Positions 50,424-58,962 of a stretch of DNA of 60,459 nucleotides are shown in pieces. Made by a program: the position numbers and the translations under genes. Position 1 is the first letter of the stretch, and each line of letters begins with the position of its first letter. The stretch covers positions 1 to 60,459 of the forward strand of contig JBJMIO010000053.1 in the NCBI GenBank assembly GCA_045806765.1, read 5' to 3'. The notes under the pieces are model-generated. The model was given only the letters and a program-made list of their open reading frames with translations. It made no database searches and was not told the origin of the DNA. The stretch is from Marmoricola sp. (lineage in GTDB: Bacteria; Actinomycetota; Actinomycetes; Propionibacteriales; Nocardioidaceae).

Positions 50424-51857
50424 TCAGCTGCGGGTGGCGCGCTTGCGGCTGATGGCGTCGACGGCTGCGGCCAGGAGCAGGACCACGCCGGTGATGACCT
50501 GCTGCCACTGCGAGTCCAGGTTCGGCTTGAGCAGGAGGCCGTTCGGGATGATCACGATCACCACCGCGCCGATGACGGCGTCGCGGGGCTTGCCGCGTCC
50601 GCCGAAGAGCGACGTACCGCCGATGACCGCGGCCGCGACCGCGAAGAGCAGCGTGTTGCCGCCACCGAGGTCGAGCGAGGCCGAGGACTGGAACGAGGCG
50701 AGCATGATGCCGCCGAACGCACCGAACGCCGAGCACAGGATGAACGCGGTCACCTTCATGTGGACCACGTCGATGCCGGCGCGACGGGCCGCCTCGGCGT
50801 TGCCGCCGGTGGCGTAGAGGTGCCGGCCCCAGGTGGTCTTGGAGAGCAGCAGGGTGCACGCGATCATCAGCACGATCACGACGACGGCCGGGACCGGGAC
50901 GCCCTCGATCACGCGGTACGGGTTCAAGTTGCGGTTGCTGACGGCCAGGATCGTGATGACGACCGCGACCGCGGCCAGGATCCCGCCGCGGACCAGCACC
51001 AGGTCCACGGCGTCGTGCGCGAGCCCGGCGGCCTTGGCGCGCAGGGCACCGACCAGGGTGTAGGCGACGTACCCGGCGACGCACGCGATCACGAAGATCC
51101 AGCTCCACGTCACGCTCAGGTTGCCGTAGGCCAGGTTGTGCCACAGGTTGTAGTTGGAGGTGTTGATCGGCTGGCCCTTGAGCGCGAACTGGGTCACGCC
51201 CTGCCAAGCGAGGAACAGCGCCAGGGTCACCACGAAGCTCGGGATGCCGACCTTCGCGACCAGGAAGCCGTTCAGGACGCCGATCGCGGCACCGACGCAC
51301 ACGGCGGCGACCAGGCCGAGGAAGACGTGCTGGGTCAGGTTGGTGACGACCAGGACGAAGCCGATCGCGATGACGGCCGCGCCGGTCCAGGCCTTGAGCC
51401 ACGCGGCGAGCGCGACGGCCAGCGCCATCCCCACCACGATGCTCCAGTACAGGAGGTTCGGCAGGTGGCCGTGCATGTCGTGGTGGAAGATGCCGACCGC
51501 GGCGAACGCGGCGGCGGCACCGCCGGCGGTGCCTGCGGACAGGTCGATCTCGCCGAGGAGCAGCACGAAGACCAGACCGAGCCCGATCACCGCGATGTAG
51601 GCGCCCTGGCTCGGCAGGTTGCCGATGTTGTAGCGGGTCAGGAAGGCGTGACTGACCCGGGAGAAGATGATGCCGAGCACGAGCAGGCCGAGCACGGAGG
51701 GCAGCGCGCCCGGGTCACCGGTGCGCAGACGTCCGATCCACTCGCGGATCGCGACCGGGACGGTGCGCTCCTCGACGTCGAGGGAGAAGGAGCTCGCGCG
51801 CTCCGCGGTGGGCAGGTTGCCGGCGTCGACGTTGGTCTCGGGAGGCTGGCTGGTCAT
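50424..51857 (-). CDS. Monosaccharide ABC permease (XylH-like)
   Basis: GEIDLS, GIPSFVVTL, GRHLYATGGNAEAARRAGI, AAAVIGGTSL.GGRG. Confidence 0.92.
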   Translation of the reverse strand: MTSQPPETNVDAGNLPTAERASSFSLDVEERTVPVAIREWIGRLRTGDPGALPSVLGLLVLGIIFSRVSHAFLTRYNIGNLPSQGAYIAVIGLGLVFVLLLGEIDLSAGTAGGAAAAFAAVGIFHHDMHGHLPNLLYWSIVVGMALAVALAAWLKAWTGAAVIAIGFVLVVTNLTQHVFLGLVAAVCVGAAIGVLNGFLVAKVGIPSFVVTLALFLAWQGVTQFALKGQPINTSNYNLWHNLAYGNLSVTWSWIFVIACVAGYVAYTLVGALRAKAAGLAHDAVDLVLVRGGILAAVAVVITILAVSNRNLNPYRVIEGVPVPAVVVIVLMIACTLLLSKTTWGRHLYATGGNAEAARRAGIDVVHMKVTAFILCSAFGAFGGIMLASFQSSASLDLGGGNTLLFAVAAAVIGGTSLFGGRGKPRDAVIGAVVIVIIPNGLLLKPNLDSQWQQVITGVVLLLAAAVDAISRKRATRS

Positions 51858-51867
51858 CGTCGGCTCC

Positions 51868-52647
51868 TCAGATCGTCTCGTTCACGGTGGCCGGAGCCAG
51901 TCCGATGTCGCCGCTGCGACCTGCGGTGATCAGCTCCACGATCTGGGTCGTGCTGCTGTCCTTGGTCATCACCTCCGCGGCGACCTTGCCCAGGTAGAGG
52001 GCGACCACGCGGTCGGCGACCTCCATGACGTCGTTCATGTTGTGCGAGATCAGCACGACCGCGCGGCCCTGGTCGGCGAGCCGGCGTACGAGGTCGAGGA
52101 CCTGCCGGGTCTGCGCGACGCCGAGGGCGGCGGTCGGTTCGTCGAGGAAGACGACCTTGCTGTTCCACAGCACGGCCTTGGCGATCGCGACCGTCTGCCG
52201 CTGACCGCCGGAGAGGTTGGCGACCTTCTGGCGCACCGAGGAGACCGTCTTGACCGAGAGGCTCTCCAGCGTGGTGCGGGCCTGCTTCTCCATCTCGCCG
52301 TCGGCCAGGAACGCGCCGAGGCGACGGATCTCGCGGCCGAGGAACATGTTCTGGGTGATGTCGAGGTTGTCGGCCAGCGCGAGGTCCTGGTAGACGAACT
52401 CGATGCCGAGGCCCGTCGCGACCCGTGGATCGTTGAGCGTGACGGGCTGGCCCTCGAAGCGGACCTCGCCCGAGTCGATGCCGTAGATCCCCGCGACGCA
52501 CTTGACCAGCGTGGACTTGCCCGCGCCGTTGTCGCCGACCAGGGCGGTCACCTGCCCCGGATACACGTTGAGGTCCACGTCGTGGAGGACGTGGACCGGT
52601 CCGAAGCTCTTGTTCAGCTTGCTGATCTGGAGAATCGGGTCAGTCAC
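51868..52647 (-). CDS. Monosaccharide ABC ATPase
   Basis: GDNGAGKST, LSGGQRQ, FLDEPT, ISHN; GTG start at 52647. Confidence 0.93.
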   Translation of the reverse strand: MTDPILQISKLNKSFGPVHVLHDVDLNVYPGQVTALVGDNGAGKSTLVKCVAGIYGIDSGEVRFEGQPVTLNDPRVATGLGIEFVYQDLALADNLDITQNMFLGREIRRLGAFLADGEMEKQARTTLESLSVKTVSSVRQKVANLSGGQRQTVAIAKAVLWNSKVVFLDEPTAALGVAQTRQVLDLVRRLADQGRAVVLISHNMNDVMEVADRVVALYLGKVAAEVMTKDSSTTQIVELITAGRSGDIGLAPATVNETI

Positions 52648-52751
52648 GAGATCACCGTTCCGTCGCTGGGGTGAGGGTTCTGGTTCGGGCCCGGTCGGAC
52701 CTCGACCGTGGTCGGGCAGGATCACTGCCCGACCACGGTCGATGGGTCAGA

Positions 52752-53957
52752 TCAGGAGATGCCGAGCTTGGTGCAGGCATCCTCGATGTTCTTGCAGACC
52801 TCAGCCGCGGTCAATGCCCCGGAGCTGATGACGTCCTTGACGTTGGCCTGGGTGATGACCTGGGCCGGGAGCAGGAGCGCCTGGATCTTGTGGTTCGGCG
52901 CCTGCGGGTCGGCGAACGGAGCCAGCGTCAGGCCGGCCTGCGCCGGGTCCTTGCCCTGGATCAGGGCGATGGCCAGCTGGGCAGCCGCCTGCGCCTCGAT
53001 CTTGACGTCCTTGAAGATCGTCATGCTCTGCTTGCCGGTGATGATCGCCTGCAGGCCCTCGACGGTCGAGTCCTGGCCGGTGATCACGACGTGCCCGGCG
53101 AGACCGCTGGTCTGCAGCGGACCACCGATGACCGCGCCGGCGATGCCGTCGTTGGCGGCCACGACGCCGTCCACCTTGCCGCCGGCAGCGGTGAGCGCCT
53201 GACCGAACGGCTGCGGAGCGTTCTCGTTCTTCCAGCCGAGGACGGTCTTCTCACCCTCGATGGTGACCTTGCCGGAGGAGACCAGCGGGTCGAGAACCTC
53301 GTGCGCGCCCTTCTTGAACAGCACCGCGTTGTTGTCGACGTCCGTACCGCCGTTCATCATGATGATCTTCGGCTTGGAGACGTTCTGGGCGTCCAGGCAG
53401 TCCATCATGGTCTGCGCCTGGAGCTTGCCGACGTCCTCGTTGTCGAAGGAGACGTAGTACGGCGCGGTGCCGCCGAGGTTGACGCGGTCGTAGTCGATGA
53501 CCTTGACACCGGCCGCGGCCGCCGTCTTCTCGACACCGGCACCCGAGGCGGCGTCGATCGAGTCGATGATGAGGACCTTGACGCCCGAGCCGATCATGTT
53601 CTGGGCGATCGACTGGAACTTCGAGACCGAGCCCTGGGCGTTCTGGATGTCGGCGGTGATGCCGGCGGCGGTGAGCGCACTCTGCAGCAGCGGCTTGTCG
53701 TAGAGCGTGTACCGCGTCGACGAGGTGGTGTCGGGCAGGATCACGCCGACCTTGCCCGAGGCCTTGCCCGGGTCGGAGGCCGCCGGCGCCGAGGCACCGC
53801 TGGTCGGCGGCGAGTCGAGGCTGCACGCGGCGGAGACGGTCTTGCCGCCACCCCCGCTGCTGTTGTTGTTGTCCGAACTGCCACAGGCCGCAAGGGCGCT
53901 GACGCCGAACGTGAGCGCGGCACCGGCAAGTGCCACGCGGCGGATGGATGGTGTCAC
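52752..53957 (-). CDS. Monosaccharide-binding lipoprotein (XylF-like)
   Basis: Lipobox LAAC; VIDYDR, FDNEDVG, DNNA, ANDG, ITGQD; AGGAGG RBS before GTG 53957. Confidence 0.92.
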   Translation of the reverse strand: MTPSIRRVALAGAALTFGVSALAACGSSDNNNSSGGGGKTVSAACSLDSPPTSGASAPAASDPGKASGKVGVILPDTTSSTRYTLYDKPLLQSALTAAGITADIQNAQGSVSKFQSIAQNMIGSGVKVLIIDSIDAASGAGVEKTAAAAGVKVIDYDRVNLGGTAPYYVSFDNEDVGKLQAQTMMDCLDAQNVSKPKIIMMNGGTDVDNNAVLFKKGAHEVLDPLVSSGKVTIEGEKTVLGWKNENAPQPFGQALTAAGGKVDGVVAANDGIAGAVIGGPLQTSGLAGHVVITGQDSTVEGLQAIITGKQSMTIFKDVKIEAQAAAQLAIALIQGKDPAQAGLTLAPFADPQAPNHKIQALLLPAQVITQANVKDVISSGALTAAEVCKNIEDACTKLGIS

Positions 53958-54038
53958 GGGTTTCCTCCTGGAGGGGGTGAGGGCTTGGCGGTGAGCCGGG
54001 CGCCCGTACGGCACTTCCGAGTGTGCTGGGTCACACCT

Positions 54039-54113
54039 TTGTCGTCAATCCTTGAACACAAGTTTCTTGAATTTGTTATCAGAGCCTCTCTAGTGCGCAT
54101 CTCTTGACGACAA
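54039..54113. promoter_or_regulatory. Two candidate ROK operators in the divergent promoter
   Basis: TTGTCGTCAA-N3-TTGAACACAA (54039-54061) and TAGTGCGCAT-N3-TTGACGACAA (54091-54113); the second covers a TTGACG -35. Confidence 0.6.
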
Positions 54114-54139
54114 GAACGCACTTGCCGCACAGTTCATCC

Positions 54140-55309
54140 ATGTCTTCCGACGACGCCACCCGGACCGCCCCGGGATCTGCCGCGTCGTTGCGGATCGCCA
54201 ACCAGCGCCGTGTCCTCGCAGTCCTGCTCGACCGAGGCACCGAGCCCGCCACCCAGGCCGACATCACCCGCGAGACCGGCCTCGCGGCGGGAACGGTGTC
54301 CACGATCGTGCGCGAGCTGGCTTCCGGCGGGGTCGTCTCGACCGTCGCCGGCTCGGGCCGCCGCGGCACCACCGTCCGGCTCGCCCGCGGCGCCGGACTG
54401 GTCGCCGGGGTCGACTTCGGGCACAGCCACGTCGCGGTCGCGATCAGCGAGATGTCGGGCGAGGTCCTGGCCGAGGCGCGTCGTCCGCTGCCACCCGGGC
54501 ACCAGCACACCGAGGGTCTGGACACGGCCCGCTCGATGCTCGACGGACTGCTCGAGGGGCTCGGCGCGAGCTTCTCCGACGTCCGCAACATCGGGATGGG
54601 CCTGCCCGCCCCGCTCTCGAACAACATCGTGATGAGCTCGGCCATCCTGCCCGGCTGGGTCGGCGTGAGCGCCAGGGACGAGGCCTGCCGCGCGCTCGGG
54701 GTCGATGTGCTGATCGAGAACGACGCCAACCTCGGCGCGCTCGCCGAGCACCGCCACGGTCACGGCCGCGGGTACGCCAACGTGGTCTTCGTCAAGGTCT
54801 CCTCGGGTGTCGGCGCCGGACTGATCCTCGACAACCAGCTCTTCCGCGGCTCGGCCGGTACGTCGGGCGAGATCGGCCACCTCACCCTCGACGACCAGGG
54901 CCCGGTGTGCCGGTGCGGCAGCCGCGGGTGCCTGGAGGCCTACGCCTCGACCGGGACCGCGATGGCGATGATGGCCGACCACATGCCCGGCGCCCGGGTC
55001 GACGCGATCATCGAGGCCGCCCGCCAGGGCAACGTCTCGGCACTGCGCGTCTTCGAGGACGCCGGCCTGCACCTCGGCTGGGGACTGGCCACGGTGACCA
55101 ACCTGCTGAACCCCGACGTCATCCTCGTGGGGGGCGACATGTCGCACGCCGGGGAGCTGCTGCTGGAGTCGGCCCGGCTCGGCCTGCGCCGCCACGTCCT
55201 GGCCGGCACCGCCACCACGCCGGTGCTCGTGGCCGAGCTCGGCGACCGTGCCTCGATGATCGGTGCCCTGGTCCTGGCGATCGACGCCACCGACCTGCTC
55301 GCGGGCTGA
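54140..55309 (+). CDS. ROK-family transcriptional repressor
   Basis: N-terminal HTH; ENDAN, GVGAG, GEIGH, CRCGSRGCLE; TTGACG-N18-CACAGT-N6-ATG suggests a leaderless start. Confidence 0.93.
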   Translation: MSSDDATRTAPGSAASLRIANQRRVLAVLLDRGTEPATQADITRETGLAAGTVSTIVRELASGGVVSTVAGSGRRGTTVRLARGAGLVAGVDFGHSHVAVAISEMSGEVLAEARRPLPPGHQHTEGLDTARSMLDGLLEGLGASFSDVRNIGMGLPAPLSNNIVMSSAILPGWVGVSARDEACRALGVDVLIENDANLGALAEHRHGHGRGYANVVFVKVSSGVGAGLILDNQLFRGSAGTSGEIGHLTLDDQGPVCRCGSRGCLEAYASTGTAMAMMADHMPGARVDAIIEAARQGNVSALRVFEDAGLHLGWGLATVTNLLNPDVILVGGDMSHAGELLLESARLGLRRHVLAGTATTPVLVAELGDRASMIGALVLAIDATDLLAG

Positions 55310-55440
55310 GGCCGGGGCGGGGAGGTCCACGCTGCGGACGATGCCCGCAGGTGGCCTGGTTCACACTTCGCAGCGCCGAGAACCGAGTTCGCCGCACGTC
55401 CCCGGGGGTGCGCGTGCGGGCCGCCGGCCGCCTGACGGTT

Positions 55441-55485
55441 TCTTAGATTCGGCACGGGAAACCCTCAGAGACCTCACGTTACGAT
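55441..55485 (+). promoter_or_regulatory. 11 bp-spaced CTCAG-like repeats plus -10 TACGAT
   Basis: TCTTAG (55441), GCACGG (55452), CCTCAG (55463), TACGAT (55480). Confidence 0.3.
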
Positions 55486-55539
55486 GAACGCCGCCCTGCC
55501 CACCGGCAAGCGACCTCCCCCTGCGAAAGTTGTTCCTGG

Positions 55540-57498
55540 ATGACCGCACCTCCCGTGACGTCGACCGACGCGCCGCCCGAGGCCGCCGACGAGACGGCCC
55601 CGGAGTCGCCGTGGGCGACGCTCAAGTGGGGGCTGGTCGTCTCGGCGGTCGCGGCGGTGCTGTGCACCCTCGTGCTGGAGATGTCCCAGCTCATCGGAGC
55701 CTCGGCGCACTGGTGGGTGACCACGTTCATCGGCACCGCGTTCATCGTCGACTGCCTGATCGTCTGGCTGGTCCTGGTGGTGCTGATCGGGCTGACCAAC
55801 CGCGTCGTGCTGCCCATCGGCGTGGTGACCGCTTTCGTCTTCATCATCGCGGTGGCCAACTGGGTCAAGATCGGCATCCGGGCCGAGCCCGTCTACCCCA
55901 GCGACATCGACTTCATCTCCGAGCCCGGCTTCCTGTCCTCGATGGTCAAGCCGAGCTCGCTGATCCTGGCCCTCGTCGTGGTCGTGGTGATCATCGGCGT
56001 CTCCCTGCTCCTGGCGCGCAAGTACGAGCGCCCGCGCCGGCTCGTCGGCATCTGGCCCGAGCACCTGCCGTTGCGCAAGCAGCTGGTCGCCGTCGGCGTG
56101 CGCGCCCTGATCGTCACCACCGCGATCGCGCTGCTGCTCAACACCACCGACTTCAACGAGCACGGCAACATCTGGCGCAAGCTCTACAACCTCAGCGGTG
56201 ACCGCTGGCGCTACTGGAACCAGGAGACGAACTACCAGGCGCACGGCTTCCTCGGCGGCTTCCTCTACAACATGCCGACCACGGCGATGAAGGAACCCGA
56301 GGGCTACAGCCCCGAGACGATGGCGGCGCTGACGCAGAAGTACACCAGGGTTGCCGACCAGATCAACAGGACCCGGACCGGCTCGCTCGACCACACCAAC
56401 GTGGTCGTGGTGCTGAGCGAGTCGATGAGCGACCCCACCAACCTCAAGGGCTTCCAGCTCGCCCAGGACCCCATCCCGCGGATCCGGAACCTGATGTCGA
56501 GGACGACCTCGGGCACGATGATGACCCAGCTGTACGGCGGCGGCACGGCCAACATGGAGTTCGAGACGCTGACCGGCCAGAGCATCGGCCTGTTCACCCC
56601 GCAGCTGAGCTCGCCGTACCAGATGCTCGTCTCGAGCTTCTCCAAGTACCCCTCGGCCGTCGGCTGGTTCGCCGCCCACGGGCACGACCCGATCGCGGTA
56701 CACCCGTACATGACCGGGATGTACAAGCGGAACACCGTCTACAAGACGTTCGGCTTCACCAAGTTCGTGCACGACACGACGATGGCCGAGACCCACAAGA
56801 TCGACAACGGCCAGTACATCTCGGACGAGTCGGCCTTCGACGAGGTCGAGCGGCAGATCAACGACTCCGCCGAACCGCTGATGGTCAACCTGGTCACGAT
56901 GCAGAACCACATCCCGATGAACGACGCGTACCACGACCCGATCCACGCCGACGGTCTCAGCGGCAGCGAGGAGGACCGGGTCAGCAACTACGCGCGCGGC
57001 ATCAACCACACCGACCAGGCGCTCACCAAGTTCCTCGGCGACCTGCGCCGCTCGAAGGAGAAGACGGTCGTCATCTTCTACGGCGACCACCTGCCGGGCA
57101 TCTACGGCACCGACGTGCGCAACAAGAACACCGACCTCGCGATCCACGAGACGCCGTTCTTCCTGTGGAGCAACCGGGGCAAGCTCGCCTACGAGCCGCA
57201 GCCGGTGACGAGCCCGATCTACTTCCTGCCGATGCTCTACCAGCTGGCGAACGCCCCGATCCCGCCGTACTACGCGATGCTCCAGCAGCTGCGCACCCAG
57301 GTGGCGGCCATCGAGCAGGGACGGATCCTCACCCCCACCGGCGCCCAGGTCGAGCGCGACCAGCTCCCGCCCCGCGCGCAGCAGCTGCTGGACGACGCGC
57401 AGATGATCCAGTACGACTTCTCGATCGGGAAGCGCTACTCGGTCGACCAGATGTGGCCCGGCTCGCTCAAGGCGGACGACGTCACCACGCAGGAGTGA
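55540..57498 (+). CDS. LTA synthase family (sulfatase-fold) membrane protein
   Basis: N-terminal TM helices; VVLSES.SDP, GGGTANMEFE.LTG (catalytic Thr), TMQNH, YGDHLP. Confidence 0.9.
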   Translation: MTAPPVTSTDAPPEAADETAPESPWATLKWGLVVSAVAAVLCTLVLEMSQLIGASAHWWVTTFIGTAFIVDCLIVWLVLVVLIGLTNRVVLPIGVVTAFVFIIAVANWVKIGIRAEPVYPSDIDFISEPGFLSSMVKPSSLILALVVVVVIIGVSLLLARKYERPRRLVGIWPEHLPLRKQLVAVGVRALIVTTAIALLLNTTDFNEHGNIWRKLYNLSGDRWRYWNQETNYQAHGFLGGFLYNMPTTAMKEPEGYSPETMAALTQKYTRVADQINRTRTGSLDHTNVVVVLSESMSDPTNLKGFQLAQDPIPRIRNLMSRTTSGTMMTQLYGGGTANMEFETLTGQSIGLFTPQLSSPYQMLVSSFSKYPSAVGWFAAHGHDPIAVHPYMTGMYKRNTVYKTFGFTKFVHDTTMAETHKIDNGQYISDESAFDEVERQINDSAEPLMVNLVTMQNHIPMNDAYHDPIHADGLSGSEEDRVSNYARGINHTDQALTKFLGDLRRSKEKTVVIFYGDHLPGIYGTDVRNKNTDLAIHETPFFLWSNRGKLAYEPQPVTSPIYFLPMLYQLANAPIPPYYAMLQQLRTQVAAIEQGRILTPTGAQVERDQLPPRAQQLLDDAQMIQYDFSIGKRYSVDQMWPGSLKADDVTTQE

Positions 57499-57527
57499 TC
57501 AAGCACGCGCCAGGGAACCTGATCCTC

Positions 57528-57592
57528 GGTCGTTGAGCAGCGAGCCCGGCTGAGGGACGAAGCCGGGACCGAGCGTGCCGAAACGCGGTGAG
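57528..57592. repeat. REP-like hairpin between convergent genes
   Basis: Inner arms CCCGGCT/AGCCGGG; tail ACGCGGTGAG shared with the 34178 element. Confidence 0.55.
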
Positions 57593-57605
57593 GTGCGCAG
57601 GACCT

Positions 57606-58874
57606 CTACCTCAGCCGCACCGGCAATGCCTCGAGACCGTAGACGATCGACTTGGCGTGGTACTCCAGGTCGCCCTCGTCGATCGCGAGGTGCATGTCGG
57701 GGAACCGCTTCGCCAGGGCCGGGTACGCCGCCCGCAGCTCCATCCGGGCCAGCTCGGCGCCCACGCAACGGTGCAGGCCGTGCCCGAAGGCCAGGTGGTT
57801 CGAGGACTCCTTGACCGGGCACATCGCCTCACCGGGCGTCGAGCGCGGGTCGCGGCTGGCGGTGGGCAGGTGCACCAGCATCACCGAGCCCTTCTTGATG
57901 TGGTGCCCGCCCACCTCGACGTCGGACTTGGCGAACCGCGGGAACGCGATCTGCACGACGGCGAGCTGGCGCAGCAGCTCCTCGACGATGTCGTCGACGC
58001 TCTCGGGCTCCTCGGCGAGCTGCTTCCACAGCCGGCGGTCGCGCAGCAGCAGCACCGTGCCGAGCGCGAGCATCGAGGCGCTGGTCTCCATGCCGCCGTT
58101 GAAGGCGCCGTCGGCCAGGCCGCCGAGGTCGAAGTCGTTGATCTGATCGCCGCTGTCGCGGATGATCTGGCCGATGAGGCCGGGGCCGGGGTCGTTGCGC
58201 TGGCGGGCGGTCTCGGCGAGCAGGAACTCCCGCGAGGCGCCGATGGAGCCGATGGAGCCGGCCCCGCCCGCGGTCATGTCGAAGCGCGCGGCGCCGAGGC
58301 GGCGGAAGGTCTCCCGCTGCTCGTCGGGCAGACCGAGCAGGTCGCAGATGACCCGGAACGGCACCGGGAACGCGAAGGTCTGCACCAGGTCGACCACGCC
58401 GGCCCCGGCGGCCGCAGCCTCGGTCTCGTCGAGCTGGCGCTCGATGATGTCGGCGATGCCCGGCTTGAGGCGCTCGAGGCGGCGCATCGTGAACTCGGGG
58501 GTCAGCAGCTTGCGCTGACGGGTGTGCTCGGGCGGGTCGGTGAAGCCGAGACCGCCGATGTCGCCCTTCTCCACGTCCCCGCTGGTGCCCATGTAGGGAC
58601 GGATGTCGGTGGAGTGGTGGACGTTGCCCAGCACCTCGCGTGCCTCGTCGTACCCGGTGACCAGCCAGGCCTCGATGCCCATGAAGGAGGTCAGCTTCTG
58701 CACCGGGTCGGCGGTGCGGGTCGCCGTCAGCCGCTGCGTCGGGTCCAGGCCGTCACGGCTCAGCGGCCAGGTCACGCGGTCCGGCAACCGGCCGAGCTTG
58801 GTGAAGTCGACCCCGCCCGTGCGCGCGACGACCGCCTTCATCACGGCGGACTTCAGGGACTGCAGGATGCTCAT
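57606..58874 (-). CDS. Cytochrome P450
   Basis: DPPEHTRQR, GGMETS, EELLR, FGHGLHRCVG heme motif; GGAGG RBS before ATG 58874. Confidence 0.95.
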   Translation of the reverse strand: MSILQSLKSAVMKAVVARTGGVDFTKLGRLPDRVTWPLSRDGLDPTQRLTATRTADPVQKLTSFMGIEAWLVTGYDEAREVLGNVHHSTDIRPYMGTSGDVEKGDIGGLGFTDPPEHTRQRKLLTPEFTMRRLERLKPGIADIIERQLDETEAAAAGAGVVDLVQTFAFPVPFRVICDLLGLPDEQRETFRRLGAARFDMTAGGAGSIGSIGASREFLLAETARQRNDPGPGLIGQIIRDSGDQINDFDLGGLADGAFNGGMETSASMLALGTVLLLRDRRLWKQLAEEPESVDDIVEELLRQLAVVQIAFPRFAKSDVEVGGHHIKKGSVMLVHLPTASRDPRSTPGEAMCPVKESSNHLAFGHGLHRCVGAELARMELRAAYPALAKRFPDMHLAIDEGDLEYHAKSIVYGLEALPVRLR

Positions 58875-58962
58875 CGGACGGCGGGTCCTCCACGAGGCGG
58901 TAGGGGCACGCCGAGGATACCGAGCGGTAGCCGGGTCCCCGACCACCGGCCCGCGGCGCGGC

